64,000 nt of DNA from Squalus acanthias (GCA_030390025.1 CM059425.1:43462001-43526000); one strand, 5' to 3'. Counted from the stretch's first letter, positions 35,533-50,358 are shown. A program made the numbers and translations. Notes: generated by a model not told the origin, from the letters alone.

Positions 35533-35599
35533 CTTGTTCTTCAGCCTCTCCAATTGATCTGAGCTCAGGCTGAGAGGATAGACAAATGACCGTCAGCAT
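35533..35599 (-). CDS. Candidate first coding exon (MLTVICLSSQPELRSIGEAEEQ, phase 1)
   Basis: ATG in gagATG context to a strong AAG/GTAAGT donor in non-repeat DNA; no homologue recognised. Confidence 0.25.
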
Positions 35600-36004
35600 C
35601 TCCCCAGCGTCAGTTTATGCTCCTTGGGAGTCTCCAAGTAAAGAGTGAAACATCTGTTAACTTAATTCCCCTCCAGTCAGATGGGCAGGTTGCCTTTGGT
35701 TGATGTTACAGTTAATGGTTCAGCTGGGGCCAGTGCACTATCTGGGGAGTCCAAGTAATAGCAGGCATTTGACTATTATGATTATTACAGACTATATGAT
35801 GCCTAACAATGGGGTAAGTAGTTAATTAACATGCACAAACTTATCAAAACCACTTTAAAGAGTATATGATGCCATTTGCCACCCAAGGGAGAACAAATGG
35901 GGCTATAGACAGGCACTCATATGTCACAGCAAGGTTTTAATAATGTAAATGTCTATTATCAGACAGTTTTGATCTCCTATTGCTCAACCTATTTCTGACT
36001 GTTA

Positions 36005-37801
36005 GGGCTGAAATTTTGCCGGTGCTCAGAGGGTGGGTTCGGAGGCAGGTCCGCTGTCAAAATCAAAAAGATTGACAGCGGGGCAGTATCCCGCTCTGAA
36101 CTCGCCTCCTTGTCAGTTTCCCGAGTGCCCGCTCTGCCTGCGCTTTGCAGACCCGGCATTAAGTGGCGGGTCAGGCAATTCAGGTAGTTAAGAGGGTGTT
36201 TAGAGCAATTTAATCAGCATTTTACCAGGTACAAACCATCTTCCCAAGTTTTCCATGAGGTTCACTCCGCTCAGGTAAGTGTGGCGGGTTTTAAATAACA
36301 CTCTATTTCTGTGAATAGGTGACAGCTGCAAAAGTGGTATAAAAGCTACCATTTCACAGCTGGTCACTTTCCAATCTTAGAGGCTGCAGCCTTCAGGATT
36401 TGGAATACATCTTTCAGCTTTATGGAGGTTTGAAGTGTTTGGAGCAAACTCTCTATCCAGTGTCACCTCCTTGGAGCAACCTCTCACCATTGACAGATCG
36501 CTTCTGTCATCTCAACCTCACCTGACATCTATTCCATCAGCATCGGTGCCCTTGAAAAAATCTCACCTTGGTCCTCAGAATCCCACCACAATCAGTCCCA
36601 ACACCAGCAGCACCAGGCACACCAGCAGCACCAACAACAACACCAACCTTCTCTGCAATCACCTGATGCTGCACAGGACACAGGGCATCAGCACCCGACC
36701 ACATTGCTGCCCAGGAGGCCAGGGATGGCCTCACCATGGCCAGATTTACTTCACTTAACGCTGTACACCCTGGCTGACATATGATGCACCAGGTTGGCAC
36801 CACTCCACACCAACACCATAAAGCATCCTTACAATGGCCAAGCCATTCCTTTCACACTCATCACCATTGGGGGTGGGGGGGGTGGGGGTGGGGGGCGTAC
36901 CGTTATGTCTCACAATTCATTGCAACTCTCTAAGCCACTTCCAAAGGTGCACACAGATCTGTCCAAGTTGGCAATGTTTTGAAAATAAAGATTTCATTGT
37001 TTGGCAACACATTAACAGAATCTTTACATGAACATTGGCGATAACACCCAAGTGCCTACCCTTGTGTGTTGTTAGTTGGTATGATTGCACTAGGATGAGG
37101 GTGACTGTGAGGCGTGGCTAGTGAGATGGGGAAGTGATAATGTAGATAGAGAGGGATGGGTGGAGGTGCAAGGTAAGTTGGTGTGAGTAAGGATGTGCTA
37201 GCATAGTTTAGGGAAGGCAGAGTGATGGGGATGTGATGAGAGGCACAGCAGGATGAGGCTGAGTGTGGCTTTGCAGTAACGTTTTGTGATCTACTGAGAT
37301 CACCAACACTTCACAGATGTGGGGTCCCCACACACCACTGCAGCCTGGTCCTCCTGACGACATCCCTGCTTGTGCCCTCCTGTGCAATGTGCAACCAGGC
37401 TGCATTGGTCTCCTGGGGAGGTCTCTACCACCCATTGGAAGGGAAGAGAACCTCCCTGCGTGCTGTGACTGCCTCCATAAGCATATGGCGGGAGTAATGG
37501 GAGAGCCTGGGTGCAGTCATTGTTAGTGTTTGCAGCACCTCAATGCTGTAGAACACTGGCAGCACAACTGTCAAAATGATTGTGGCCGTGGTCCCTTTAA
37601 GGAAACCAGCTGATGACGCGTCATCAAATGACGTCATCAGACCCGCTTCCTATTAATTATCTGGGAACCTCGCAGGGTGGGCTTAACAAGCCCCATCAAC
37701 GGAATATCTTGTTGGAGGCCGGGATCGACGCAGATGCAGGGTCCCCACACACCACAGACGTCGCCCGCCCCAGACCCACCGAGGTTGGAAAAATCCAGCC
37801 C
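36005..37801. mobile_element. Internally deleted PIF/Harbinger element
   Basis: TIRs gggctgaaatttt / aaaatccagccc, TSD TTA; Myb relic APRLSH..LMEAVTARREVLFP on the minus strand. Confidence 0.88.
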
Positions 37802-38070
37802 TTAGTGTGACAAAAAATGCAGACATATGAGGATATATTTTCTTGGTACTGTGTCTGGGGCTATTGCATCGCCTGGGCATAGTGAATATAGGAAAACCAG
37901 GCGCATGCCTGTAAGAGAGCTGGCCCGATTTTCTGTTAATTAGCTTAGCGGGAGGAATAAACGGAGAGAAAATAGGTGGGCTCCCATATGGGCATGCACT
38001 CCTCCCCACCCAATTTTCCTGTATTTGCTACATGCAGGCAAGCCAATGGCCACAGGTGTAGGTCCAGGAA

Positions 38071-39463
38071 TCTGTCATTGGGAAAATGCTGGAGTCCATC
38101 ATTAAGGAAGTGGTAGCAGGACATTTAGAAAATCATAATATAGTCAAGCAGAGTCAGCATGGTTTTATGAAAGGGAAGTCATGTTTGACAAATTTGCTGG
38201 AGTTCTTTGAGGATGTAACGAGCAGGGTGGATAAAGGGGAACCAGTAGATGTCGTGTATTTGGATTTCCAGAAGGCATTCGATAAGGTGCCACATAAAAG
38301 GTTACTGCACAAGATAAGAGCTCACGGGGTTGGGGGTAATATATTAGCATGGATAGAGGATTGGCTAACTAACAGAAAACAGAGAGTCGGGATAAATGGG
38401 TCATTTTCAGGTTGGCAAACTGTAACTAGTGGGGTGCCACAGGGATCAGTGCTGGGTCCTCAAGTATTTACAATCAATATTAATGACTTGGATGAAGGGA
38501 CCGAGTGTACTGTAGTCAAATTCGCTGATGATACAAATATAGGTGGGAAAGCAAATTGTGTGGAGGATGCAAAGAATCTCCAAAGGGATATAGATAGGCT
38601 AAGTGAGTCGGCAAAAATTTGGCAGATGGAGTATAATGTGGGAGAATGCGAGGTTATCCACTTTGGTAGGAAAAATAAAAAAGCAAATTATTATTTAAAT
38701 GGGGAGAGATTACAAAATGCTGAGGTACAGAGGGATCTGGGGGTCCTTGTAAGTGAATCACAAAAAGTTAGCATGCAGGTACAGCAAGTAATTAGGAAGG
38801 CAAATGGAATGTTGGCCTTTATTGCAAAGGGAATGGAGTATAAAAGGAGGGAAGTCCTGTTACAACTGTATAGGGTATTGGTGAGACCACACCTGGAGTA
38901 CTACGTACAGTTTTGGTCTCCTTATTTAAGGAAGGATATACTTGCATTGGAGGCAGTTCAGAGAAGGTTCACGAGGTTGATTCTGGAGATGAAGGGGTTG
39001 TCTTATGAAGAAAGGTTGAGCAGGTTGGGCCTTTACTCGTTGGAGTTTAGAAGAACGAGAGGGGATCTTATTGAAACATATAAGATTCTGAAGGGGCTTG
39101 ACAGGGTAGATGCAGAGAGGATGTTTTCCCTCGTGGGGGAATCTAGAACTAGGGGGCATAATTTCAGAATAAGGGGGCACCCATTTAAAACGGAAATGAG
39201 GAGGAATTTCTTCTCTCAGAGGGTCGTGAATCTTTGGCATTCTCTTCCCCAGAGAGCAGTGGAGGCTGGGTCATTGAATATATTTAAGGTGGAGATAGAC
39301 AGATTTTTGAACTATAGGGGAGTCAAGGGTTATGGGGAGCAGGCAGGGAAGGGGAATTGAGGCCAAGATCAGATCAGCCATGATCTTATTGAATGGCGGA
39401 GCAGGCTCGAGGGGCCAAATGACCTACTTCTGCTCCTACATCTTATGTTCTTATGTTCTTATG
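38071..39463 (+). mobile_element. CR1 LINE, 5' truncated, RT frame still open (38086-39360)
   Basis: QHGFMKGKSCLTNL, YLDFQKAFDKVPH, VPQGSVLGP, KFADDT; (ttatgttc)n tail. Confidence 0.96.
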
Positions 39464-39749
39464 AATCGCTACCCGATTATGTTCTTTGGTGTATGTTCAC
39501 CATTGTCTTTCTTCTATCACTATTACAAACATGTGAGAATGATAGACAGGAAAAGACCAGCTGGTCCATTGAGCCTGTCCCGTACTGTCATAGTGCAACT
39601 TATGCATATCTTGACCCCCATTCTGCCCCACCCCCCATCGATCAGTGATGCAATCCCCTGGAAGATACAAAATAACGGACAAAAATATTAGAAAAAAAGA
39701 CTCTGAAATTCCTCACCATATTATTTTTGAAAGCTTCATTAATAGAAAG

Positions 39750-40210
39750 AACAAAAGAAGGTGCATTTATATAGCATCTTTCACACTCAGGACATCCCAA
39801 AGCATTTTACAGCCAATGAAGTACTTTTTGAAGTGTAGTCACTGTTGTAATGTAGGAAAATGCGGCAGCCAATTTGCACACAGCAAGGTCCCATAAACAG
39901 CAATGAGATAATGACCGGATCATCCGTTTTTGGTGTTGGTTGAGGGAAAAATACTGGCTAGGACTCCGATGAGAACTCCCCTGCTCTTCTTTGAATAATG
40001 TCATGGGATCTTTTAAGGCCACATGAGAGGGCAGACGGGGCCTCGGTTTAATGTCTCATCCAAAAGACGGCATCTCCGATTGTGCAGCACTGCCTCAGTA
40101 CTGCACTGAAGTGTCAACCTGGATTATGTGCTCAGGTCTCTGGAGTGTGGCTTGAATCCACAAACCTTTGATTCAGAGGCAAGAGTGCTACCACTGAGCC
40201 AAAGCTGACA
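39750..40210 (-). mobile_element. Near full-length DeuSINE
   Basis: Head with A/B boxes at 40150-40205, Deu core and L2-like tail. Confidence 0.88.
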
Positions 40211-40214
40211 CTTA

Positions 40215-41059
40215 GGGCTGGATTTTATCAATGGGGACGTGTTGGGGGCGGGACTACTGGTTGTTGGGTTTCAGTCCCGCTCCTAACGGCGTCTGGCCGA
40301 CCCACGCTATTTTCCTTTGATTGACCTTGTTAAGCCCATCCTGCGGGCTTAGCAGGCCAATTAAGGGAAAGCCGGTGACAGAGAACGTCAGTGTATGACG
40401 TTTCATCTGTCAAAAATTTTTGACAGATGAATTGTCATCGTTTGACAGCTTTGAGAAGCTGTCAAACACTAACAATTTCTGTTCTTTGGTGAGTCCTTGT
40501 ACTCAAGACTCACCAAATCTCTTTCCTGAGCAGAAATCAGATGGCTGTTGCATTGGAGAATGCAGCAGCCATTCTGTCATCTCTGCCATGGAGATGTGGA
40601 CCCTCCGGATCCCCAAGGGTTGAAGCCTGCAGGAAGAAACAAAGGTAAGGAAACTTTTTCTAAGACTTTTCACTCACCTCCCATACTTACCTCTCCGCAC
40701 TTGCACCCATCACTCACCTCCACAGCGCACTTTTCGACCCCTCTCACCCTCGCAGACCCACTGCTTGCCTCGCTGACCCAGACGGGGTTTCCTGACGTTG
40801 GGAAGCCCGCACTTGTGTTAGTAAAATGGGGATAAGCCTCTTAACTGCCTGTTAACTACCTGTTAACAGGCAGTTAAGTGGCTGTAATCCCCTTCCCACC
40901 TTGAGGAGACAGGCCCCTGCGCGAGTCGGAGACCCGCCTCCCGGGAAGATGGCACAGAGGCGGGTTGGGAGCGGGTTCAGTACCCGCTCCCAGTTTCTGC
41001 CATTTTCCCAGCAGTCCCGCCTCCAAATCCGCCTCCCCAGGGCTGGCAAAATTCCCCCC
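40215..41059. mobile_element. Harbinger-type MITE
   Basis: gggctggatttt / aaaattcccccc termini, TSD TTA. Confidence 0.8.
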
Positions 41060-42080
41060 TTAGCCTGAGAAGCAATGGCTTATGTGTCATTGCTTTTCCT
41101 ATACTTTGGAGTAATGCTGATGATGTGTTATGCAAATAGCAAAACTGACATGCAAGTGTTTTACCAATCTGACTTGGATTATTTTGCAACATTACACAAC
41201 TATTTACACTCATGCCATTCTACAGTTTTAATACTGTGTTATTCAAGGTACAGGAGAATACAGGAATATTGTTGCATATCATTAAAGTTTGGGTAAATTC
41301 CATTATTGGTACATTTAGCAAGATGAAAAAGAGCAAGGAGCACACAGAAGTTTATTATTTTGATTTCAAATCTCACAAGACACAGATATTGAAGCTTATT
41401 ACGAAGCTCTTTATGTTCTAAGAACTCAACTGTATAATAGTTACAACAGTACTACTGATCTCACATTACTTCACTTTTGTTTCTCTGTGGATCCAACCAT
41501 TTTTCAGCTGCACTGTTTGTTCAAGACTTAATTTACAGAAAAGAGAAACACAACATGGGGTCAAATTTCAATTTAAAAATATGAGTAAGATGTGCATATT
41601 TTTATTGAAAAGAACAAATTCTTAATAAAAATGAGTGCACATTTTAAAAATGTGTAATTCTGGAGAATGGGATTTCATTAGTCCTAATGAAAGTAATGAC
41701 ACACCTACAACACTTCTCAAATAGTGACTTAACTGGTATGAATGGCGAAAGATTCATTAATCCAGCTGTTAAGTGCACAAATGCTTTAGAAAATGGCTGA
41801 ATGCCAGCAGAGAAATCTTGACGTAGCCACGAGCCAGGCTTAGGCTTGTAGTGGCATTCCTGACTTTCTTGCTGAAGATTGGTTTGGAGTACAGCACAGA
41901 TGTTCATTTTTGATACTTTCTACAGAGCAGCCTGATCAATTGATTTTGAAACAATGCATAAATTATTTCGCATTCTCATTTTTTTAAGTCACATAACTCA
42001 TTTTCAAGCAAAATAAACATGCAACATAAATCCTCCATGTGTATTTCATAAAATCACCGATGGCAACTTGAGGACACTAT

Positions 42081-42538
42081 GGGCTGGATTTTGAATGACC
42101 CATGGAGTCGGGTTTGGAGGCGTGTGGGGGGTTAAATTTGCGGGGTCGGGGGTCCCGACCCCATCCCGACTCCATCCCGCCTCCACGCAATTTTGACAAA
42201 ATCAGTCGCGGGGTTCCCGACTCCGTCCCGCCTCCAAGAGGCGGGAGAGGCCATTAAAGCCCTTAACAAGCTCTAAATTGGCTCTGTAATGCCATTTTGA
42301 AACGTTTTAGCTAGTTTAAGCCTTTTCTGACGTGAAGTACGCCTGGTGTGAAACACTCCAGTGAAACCTGGCGGGAGCACAAGTGGATAGCTGACTATGA
42401 TCCACTATTACAACGGAGATGTGATGAAGGTAGTAGTAGTATTAGGTCTGAAAGTCGCCTCTGATGCTGCTGCATTGAATGTCTTCAGACACTGCCTGGC
42501 CTTTGCCGTGAGAGGACTTGGATGCAAAAAAATTCTTC

Positions 42539-42572
<34 letters not shown>

Positions 42573-42890
42573 ACACATATCAAGTTTGCATCCAGGTCCA
42601 ATCACATCAAAAGCCAGGCAGGTCCTCTCTCAGCAACAGCCAGACAGTCTCTGAGACCCTGCAGACAGTCTCTCACCTGCAATGCAGCAGGAATGATGAC
42701 ATCATCAGAGGAGACTTTCAGACTAAAACCACTAATTAATTCATGGGTTCCCACATGCTGGAACTCAATTGCCCAATTAAGTGAAAATTGCATCATTCAT
42801 CCACATTAATCTGGAGTCGGGGGGGGGGGGGGGGGGACACGAAATGCGGATGACACGACCCCAACCCGACCCCAAGACAAAATCCAGGCA
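42081..42890. mobile_element. Harbinger-type MITE, same family as 30117-30830
   Basis: Collinear homology and TIRs. Confidence 0.9.
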
Positions 42891-44359
42891 CAGTTGCAGA
42901 TCGAAAGGAAAAATATTTTTGAAGCTCCTAAAACTTAGCAAATTTTCCATCGAAAAATTCTCATTTTCTGATATCCTACTTGTTAAATAGGTCTTCTCTG
43001 ATGCTGACTTTACCTTATCTTTAGTAACCTTCCACCACTTGTGCATATGGTGTTATAATGCAGGCAGCAGATTTTGAAGCACTGACCATTTCAAATTGTC
43101 AAGAATTTTCTGACAAGGAGAATTTATGTGAAAAGGAACATTTGGTGGATTGAGTGTATGAAGTTTTCACCTGTGTGTGTGTGTATATAGTTTCATATTC
43201 ATGTAACCAGTGGTAGATTTATGAGGGAAGCTGGAATGCAGCCTGACTCTTTCATTAATTTTCTTCTTGTTTGACCAACGTCCAGTATATATGTCATCCA
43301 TATATTTTGTCGCCGAACAGGCCAACTGTATTAACTTTGAAATGAAATGAAGCTCAGGTTTCTGCCTCGACCCATCAACTATGATCTGCAAAATATGATG
43401 TGGAAGGAAGCCTCCAGCTTCAATACTTGGATCAAATGGCACTATTGACTTTAGCAATTTACTCTCCAGATGCAAGAAGATTTATATTGGGCTGCGATCA
43501 GTACATTCATCTGTCTTTCCATGAACACATATGTATCAGATCCTAAAAATACATCCGATCAGATTTTACGGGAGTTCATTTCAAAACTTCCTCTCATCGC
43601 AGGCTGGAGTCTATTCCTTTTATAACAAGTCATTTGAATTCACTTTGAAATGTGAAAGCCTGAAATGGCATGAATGAAATTTCTGTCAGAATCGGCACTG
43701 ATTACATTCGATATGAAAATGCTCAACTAGTTTTAAAATAATATTTTTTATAATATGGAAGCTAATATTCATAATAGAGCTAGTTCCGTGATCAGTTAAA
43801 AAAAATGCATAATATTTGGGCCTGGATCAGACTTTCAAAAATCAACAATTTCTAAGGAAGGGTGCATGCTAAATCCCTCTGAAAATAAATCTTGTGCCTT
43901 CAGTGCTCATAACCTCATTCAGAGCTGTTAGCTGGTTACCTTACTGTAGAACCGAACAGCCATTAATTTTCTAACTAGCTTAATCAACATAATCAACTGT
44001 TCTGAGGAGGGTACACAAGCAAAATTCAATAACTTGCCATTTCACAGATGCTGTCCGACCTGTTGTGTAGCACTAGCATTTTTCAGTTTTTATTTCACAA
44101 TTCCAGCATTTGCAGTTTCTCCCTTTTATTTTAATCAACATATTTTAATTTTAATTTTGTTTTTTTTTGCTCATCCCCAGAGTATGTTCTGTGCCCACAT
44201 TTCAAGCCAACTGTGTGGATCTATGACCTCTTTTTAGGCCTCCACCTATAGCCAATAAGATCTGCCCAGGGTCCCCTCCATCAGAAATCGAAAAGCCAGG
44301 GCAAATGGACAGAGTCACAGCATAACTGGGTTCCACACTAAATTTCTGGCCCATGGATG

Positions 44360-44912
44360 GAATTCAGGCTTTCTGCCCTCTCTGACCACAGGAATGTTTG
44401 AGTCCATTAACATGTTCAAAGTACATTTAGTTTGGCAGTCTTCTTGATTCATTCATTTGTCCCCATTCACCCTCTCGGACAACTCCATCCAAACAGCTTG
44501 CACCTCTGGCTTGACCAGGAGGTTGCTGTTCCCCTCCAAACAAGGCCACCCTCCTTTACAGCACCTCCTGCAGCAGGATCTCCACATGTGTCGTGAGGGA
44601 GTTTCCCCAATATTTTTCCTTGTTTTCATTGTACTCCCAGCAAAGTGATTTCTCAGCCCAACAAAATAGCACTCCTCTTTAATGGTGAGCAGCAGCCCTT
44701 TAAAGGTTGCTAACTTGCTAGATTTCCTGCTCCCCAGCCAGTTTGCCAAGCTCCCTGTGTTCATTTTCCATATACAGGGAGCCTATTAAAATGAGGTGGA
44801 GGGGCTAGCTTCATAAGTTTGGAGAGGACAGCCCTCTCTGCTGCTGACATAGGTGCACCCCTGCTGTGGGTGGACACAGACCCGACATTGCTGCCTTCGC
44901 AAAATCAGGGCT
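44360..44912 (-). mobile_element. Degraded Harbinger fragment with Myb/SANT relic
   Basis: VEILLQEV..RRVALF and QAVWMELSERVNG in shifting frames; TIR-like aaaatcagggct. Confidence 0.6.
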
Positions 44913-46231
44913 ATGATCTCCAACTGACATTATAGATTGGTTAAGTTATGTGCTTTGAATCTGTGCTGCACCCACATTTGGATGCATGTCAGTACAAACT
45001 GGTCGGGGACTAAAGACCCAATCTTCCAGTCCTCTCCATACCACCCGCACCATCCAGAGTACCCACTGCTTGTTCTCAGCGACCTTTTGTTAAAAGGTTC
45101 AACTAACTTGCAGATGGGCACACATACACAGTAAAAATGAACACGGCTTCTGATATTTGTGTGTGTGTCTACCCATAAACTAAATGGATCTTCCCACAGT
45201 GTAAATGGAGCAGATGAATTCAATCTGTCAGTGTGGATTTAAATGCAGATTACGATACAGGGTCTGAGCATAAAGGAAATAAATGAGTCTGCACTGATTG
45301 CAGCTCTGTTAAAGTGAATAAATTTCCAGGAGGAATTATGGTCTAGGTGCCAAATGAAGGAGTTCTGATATTCTCCAATCTTTTTCAACCTAGATGATTT
45401 ACGAATTTGCAATACTTTCAATTTAAATTCACCGTCAGGTTTCATCAGTTTGGAGGAAATTTTCCAGTGTGCTATTTATAGTAATCTTGTGAAAGGGTTT
45501 GTTATACAGAGGAAATATTTCCTCTTCGTGTGCAAAAGGCTTGAATGAATTCTATCCAAGATGCAAATAAGAGCAATCCAATGAACTTACCTATGGGTGG
45601 ATTCCATCACCACCCTCCCAGTCCATTGGTAAATGTAAGAAATGCTAAATTGGTTCACTGCGCACTGTGATGTTTTTAATTACAGCTAATGCTGATCCCC
45701 AGTAGGAAGAGAGTTTAGTTCATGTCCAAAACAAGTTCAGAATTTTTTTTTCTCCATAGCATCCTATGCAGCACTGTGGGGATTCTAAGCGGAAGGGGTC
45801 AATTTGTTTTAAAATAACAGGAGTACTATAGGACTGAGGAAGGATTTACTCTACTTTTCTGCTGTCTGTTGCAGATTGATGATACGTGGACCACCTCCAG
45901 GATTGCCTCCCCACTGTTCATCTGTCATGGTGAAATCAAAATCTCCATCCCCTATGGCTTTCAGAATTGGGCTGTGTTTTACTATACACGCTATGAAAAA
46001 CCTTTAAAAAGCCTGACTGTAGACTGACCATCTGCAGTACACATGTCAAATGATGTGGAAGAGTACAAGCAGCTTTTTTTTGTTTCGTTACACTAGGAGA
46101 GGTCTAATCTGCAAATACGTAGAAGAATTGCTTTTGGGTGGGCCACACTCCTGGGTGTCTGAGATGCTCAAATAGCTTCAATATTCCATCCGTGAACAGA
46201 ACCCATTTTTAATCCCTAACTCATATAAAGT

Positions 46232-46808
46232 GGGAATTATTGAACCTTGGTTAGGCTACACTTAAGAATACTGTGCACAGTTCTGGTCTCCATATTACAC
46301 AAAAGATATAGAGGCACTGGAGAAGGTGCAAAAAAGATTGACAAGGATGATAGCAGAACTGAGAGATTATAACTATCAGAAAAGACTGAACAGGCTAAGG
46401 CTGTTTTCTCTAGGAAAGAGAAGGCTGAGGGGTGACAAATAGAGGTCTTTAAAATTATGAAGGGGTTCTATAGGCTAGATGTAGAGAAGATGTTTCTACT
46501 TGTGGGAGAGTCCAAAACTAGGGGTCTTAAATATAAGATAGTCACTAATAAATCCAATAAGGAATTCAGGTGAAACTTCTTTACCCAGAGAGTAGTTAGA
46601 ATGTAAAACTTGCTACCACATGGAGTAATTGAGGCAATTAGCATAGATGCATTTAAGGGGAAGCTAGATAAGTACATGAGGGGGAAAGGAATAGAAGGAT
46701 ATGTTGATAGGGTTAGATGAAGAAGGGTGGAAGGAGGCTCATGTGGAGCATAAACACCAGCATAGACCTGTTGGGCCGAATGGCCAGTTGCTGTGCTGTA
46801 AATTCTAA
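46232..46808 (+). mobile_element. CR1 LINE 3' fragment
   Basis: LVR.HL..YCAQFWSPY..ALEKVQK, plus 3' UTR. Confidence 0.88.
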
Positions 46809-49451
46809 GTAATCCTATGTAAATTAAAGCTATAGGGGTAGAAATTCATTTTGGGCAGTAGTGCGAGACAGGTGTTATCGCATCCACCACCTGTTACACG
46901 ACCCTCACGATAGTCTGTTGACTTCAATAGAACTGAATATCGGGTGGTGCGTATAACAGGCATTCCATGCGATACCGTCCATTTTGCACTAACACCCAAG
47001 GCAAATATCTACTCCACAATTCTCAGCAGAAAGAGTAGATACTGCACAGGAGAGTACTGGACACTGCAGAGCGATTTTTTTCAGTTTGATCAGCTTTTGA
47101 GAATTTTTGCTGGTTAGGAGGGATGGAGGGCTGCTGTACGGTGAAGATATTTGCCAACGTCTTGAAGTTTTGGTTAAGCAGGAAGATTACTCACTAATAG
47201 ATGCAATGTACAGACTCTTTACTTTCTTAATTTCTTGCCATCAAGTCCGTTGGGTGGAATTACAGTGGCAAAGGTAGGCTGCTGGCTTACTCCAGAACTT
47301 GTCCTGTGTGTGTGCTTGTTTTTGTGCAAAAAAAAAAGGAAATAATTTAAAAAGGCCATGGATTCTGGATGCTCTGCACAATGGGATACCAGTATCAGGA
47401 ATCTTGAATTTGTTTGACTAACAGTACACATGCCTGATTATCCACGAGTGTGTGTTCCATCATCAAATAACACTACATGCCAAGTTCTGCTTCATGAAAA
47501 TGAAATATTTTTATTGCATTGAATAGCATTAAGTCAACGCAGCTAAAAATCAACTGATCGCTTCTGCCTCTTCAGTAATTAAACTTCCATTCTACACTGG
47601 CAATGTAGTTAAATTTATGACTAAACATTGAACAAGCTTGTTATTACCCCATATTATTACTTTTCTAAGAAATTGCTGCAAAATATGAAACGATTGATTG
47701 CCGCAGCGGATGACTGAACTTTTCTGAAATGGAAGCTCCCCGACTTGGCACTTCATTCCCCAACAGAGATCAGAGAGGAAATCAAAAAGGTGTGACTTAC
47801 ACTCAGGTGTAATAAGAATTCTGGTCTGTCTCCAGCAGCACTGAGCGCTTTGTGATAAAATCAAGATTGGCAGGTTGCGAGTGAAAACAGTGCAGCACTT
47901 ATCTTTACTTTCCATATTATTCATCCCGATATTGGGTGGATACAAATCAGAAGCTGGTTGTATTGGGATGTCCTTGGCTATAATGGTCAGGAGAGTGGGG
48001 ACAACGGCTTTAAGTGATTACTGCGAAATATCAGTTCATCTATCTGCTCTTAACATTAGGGCTGCTTTACACAAATAACAAGTTTATTGTGTTTCTAAAT
48101 TGTCATTTATGTTGTCGGAGAGCAGTTAATTAGGAAGCCTTGATCTCTGACACCTGCTACCATGTGAATATATGCATGAACCACAATTCAGTTGAATTTC
48201 TGGAGGCAGAGCTGAGATGTAAATGAGGCGGGAGGGGGCATCATCCTTGTCCTCTGGTCTCATTTTCCTGCTCATTGGGCCTTTTGGTACATCAAATTGC
48301 AGGAGTGCCCAGAGACCAGGCATTGGGCTAGCACTAGGACCCCTGCAGACCATAGTGTCTGTGGGGTCCCAGGAGCCCTCCAAAGATCACTGGTGGCATA
48401 AGATAGGTCCACGATTTTCCCTCCCCAGCACAATCTTCAGGCCCCGGGGTCTTCTGGCAGCTGCTTTCCAGCACCAATGAAAAGGCACTAAGGCCAGCAG
48501 TCAGGCCCGAGAGGTGGTGAACGAATTACCCTCCCCACTTTTGACAGTATTATGCCTGCCAGGAGGTGGACCTGTGCTGAATGCTCCCCCAGGCCAATGG
48601 CTGGCGACAGGAAATAGCTTTGCTCCTTGACTTGGACACTGTAGATTCGCTGCTCCTGTCCCAGCACTGGGATGGAGGGGAGCCAGGAAAATCAGCCCCA
48701 TAGTCCCTCAGAAATGTGTTGAAGCACTTCACTTACAATGAATTACTTTGAAATGTAGCTGCTGTTCTTAGGTTAATTATAGAAGTTACAACAGGGAAAC
48801 AAACCATTCAGCCCAACCAGTCCATGCCAGCATTTATCCTCCACACAAGCAAATAGTCCTAATCACATTTACCTGCCTTGTTCCCATAACCCTTTATTCC
48901 CTTTTCCTTCATCCACCTTTCTAATCTGATCTTGAATCTTGACTGTTTCCGCCACCATAAGCAAGCAGTGGGAAGGGCGGAACAGGGAATAAATCTGACT
49001 CCCAAGGTTTCTAATTGTGTATTTTTCCCCCAGTGGACAGTGGGAAATCTGACACTGGGAAAGGTTAAGAGGGATTATAGAAACCCTGGTGATTTGTAAT
49101 TATAATTAACTAACATTTGTTAAAAATAAATTAAATAAAAACAGAAAATGCTGGAAAGACATTGCAGGGCAATCAGCATCTGTAAAGTGTTAGGTGTTTC
49201 GCCTGTTGAGGAAATGCAAGAAAATGGGAGCGATGATAGAGATGGAAAACACGGTAAATTGGGGAGCCTGACCACTAAGTTTCCCATCTCTCCCATTTTC
49301 TTGCGTTTCTCCAGGCCTCCCACTCCGAAGCTATTTACGTTTATTTTGTCTCTTTAATGTCTTAATTTTTTTTTTACTCTTGACTGAAATGATTTGTTAC
49401 ATCATTACACTCACAATACTGCCTTGGTTTGTTTTATATACAGTATTAAAT

Positions 49452-50358
49452 AAGAACATAAGAACATAAGAAATAGGAGCAGGAGTAGGCCATTCGGCCC
49501 TTCGAGCCTGCTCCGCCATTCAATGAGATCGTGGCTGATCTTCTGCTTCAACTCCATTCACCGGCCCTATCGCCATATCCCTTGATGCCCTTACTAGTCA
49601 GAAATCTATCGACTTCTGTTTTGAATATACCCAATGACTGAGTCTCCACAGCCCTCTGGGGTAGAGAATTCCAAAGATTCACCACCCTCTGTGTGAAGAA
49701 ATTTCTTCTCATCTCAGTCCTGAATGTCCTACCCTTTATCTTGAGGCTGTGGCCCCTGGTTCTAGACTCCCCAGCCAAGGGAAACATTCTCCCAGCATCC
49801 ATCCTATCAAGTCCTGTAATAATTTTGTATGCTTCAATGAGATCCCCTCTCATTCTTCTGAATTCAAGAGAATACAGGCCTAGTTTACTCAATCTCTTCT
49901 CATACGACAGTCTCGCCATCCCAGGAATCAATCTCGTGAACCTTCGTTGCACTCCCTCTATGGCAAGTATATCCTTCCTTAGGTAAGGAGACCAAAATTG
50001 TACACAGTACTCCAGGTGTGGTCTCACCAAGGCCCTATATAATTGGAGTAAGACTTCTTTACTCCTGTACTCAAATCCTCTTGAAATGAAGGCCAGCATA
50101 CCATTTGCCTTCCTAATGGCTTGCTGCACCTGCACATTCACTTTCAGTGACTCATGTACAAGGACACCCAGGTCCCTTTGAGCATCTGCATTCCCCAATC
50201 TTTCACCATTTAGGAAATACTCTGCCTTTCTGTTTTTTCTACCAAAGTGGATAACTTCACATTTATCCACATTATATTCCATCTGCCATGTTCTCGCCCA
50301 CTCACTGAGCCTGTCGCGATCCCCTTGAAGCCTCTTCACATCCTCTTCGCAACTTCGC
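49452..50358 (-). mobile_element. CR1 LINE 3' fragment
   Basis: WQMEYNVDKCEVIHFG..LYRALVRPHLEYCVQFWSP; aagaacat tail. Confidence 0.95.

Noticed and set aside
42777-43475. 102-aa and 89-aa minus-strand ORFs as exons or a viral relic
   Set aside because: No recognisable motif, nearby stops in all frames, no coherent splice sites
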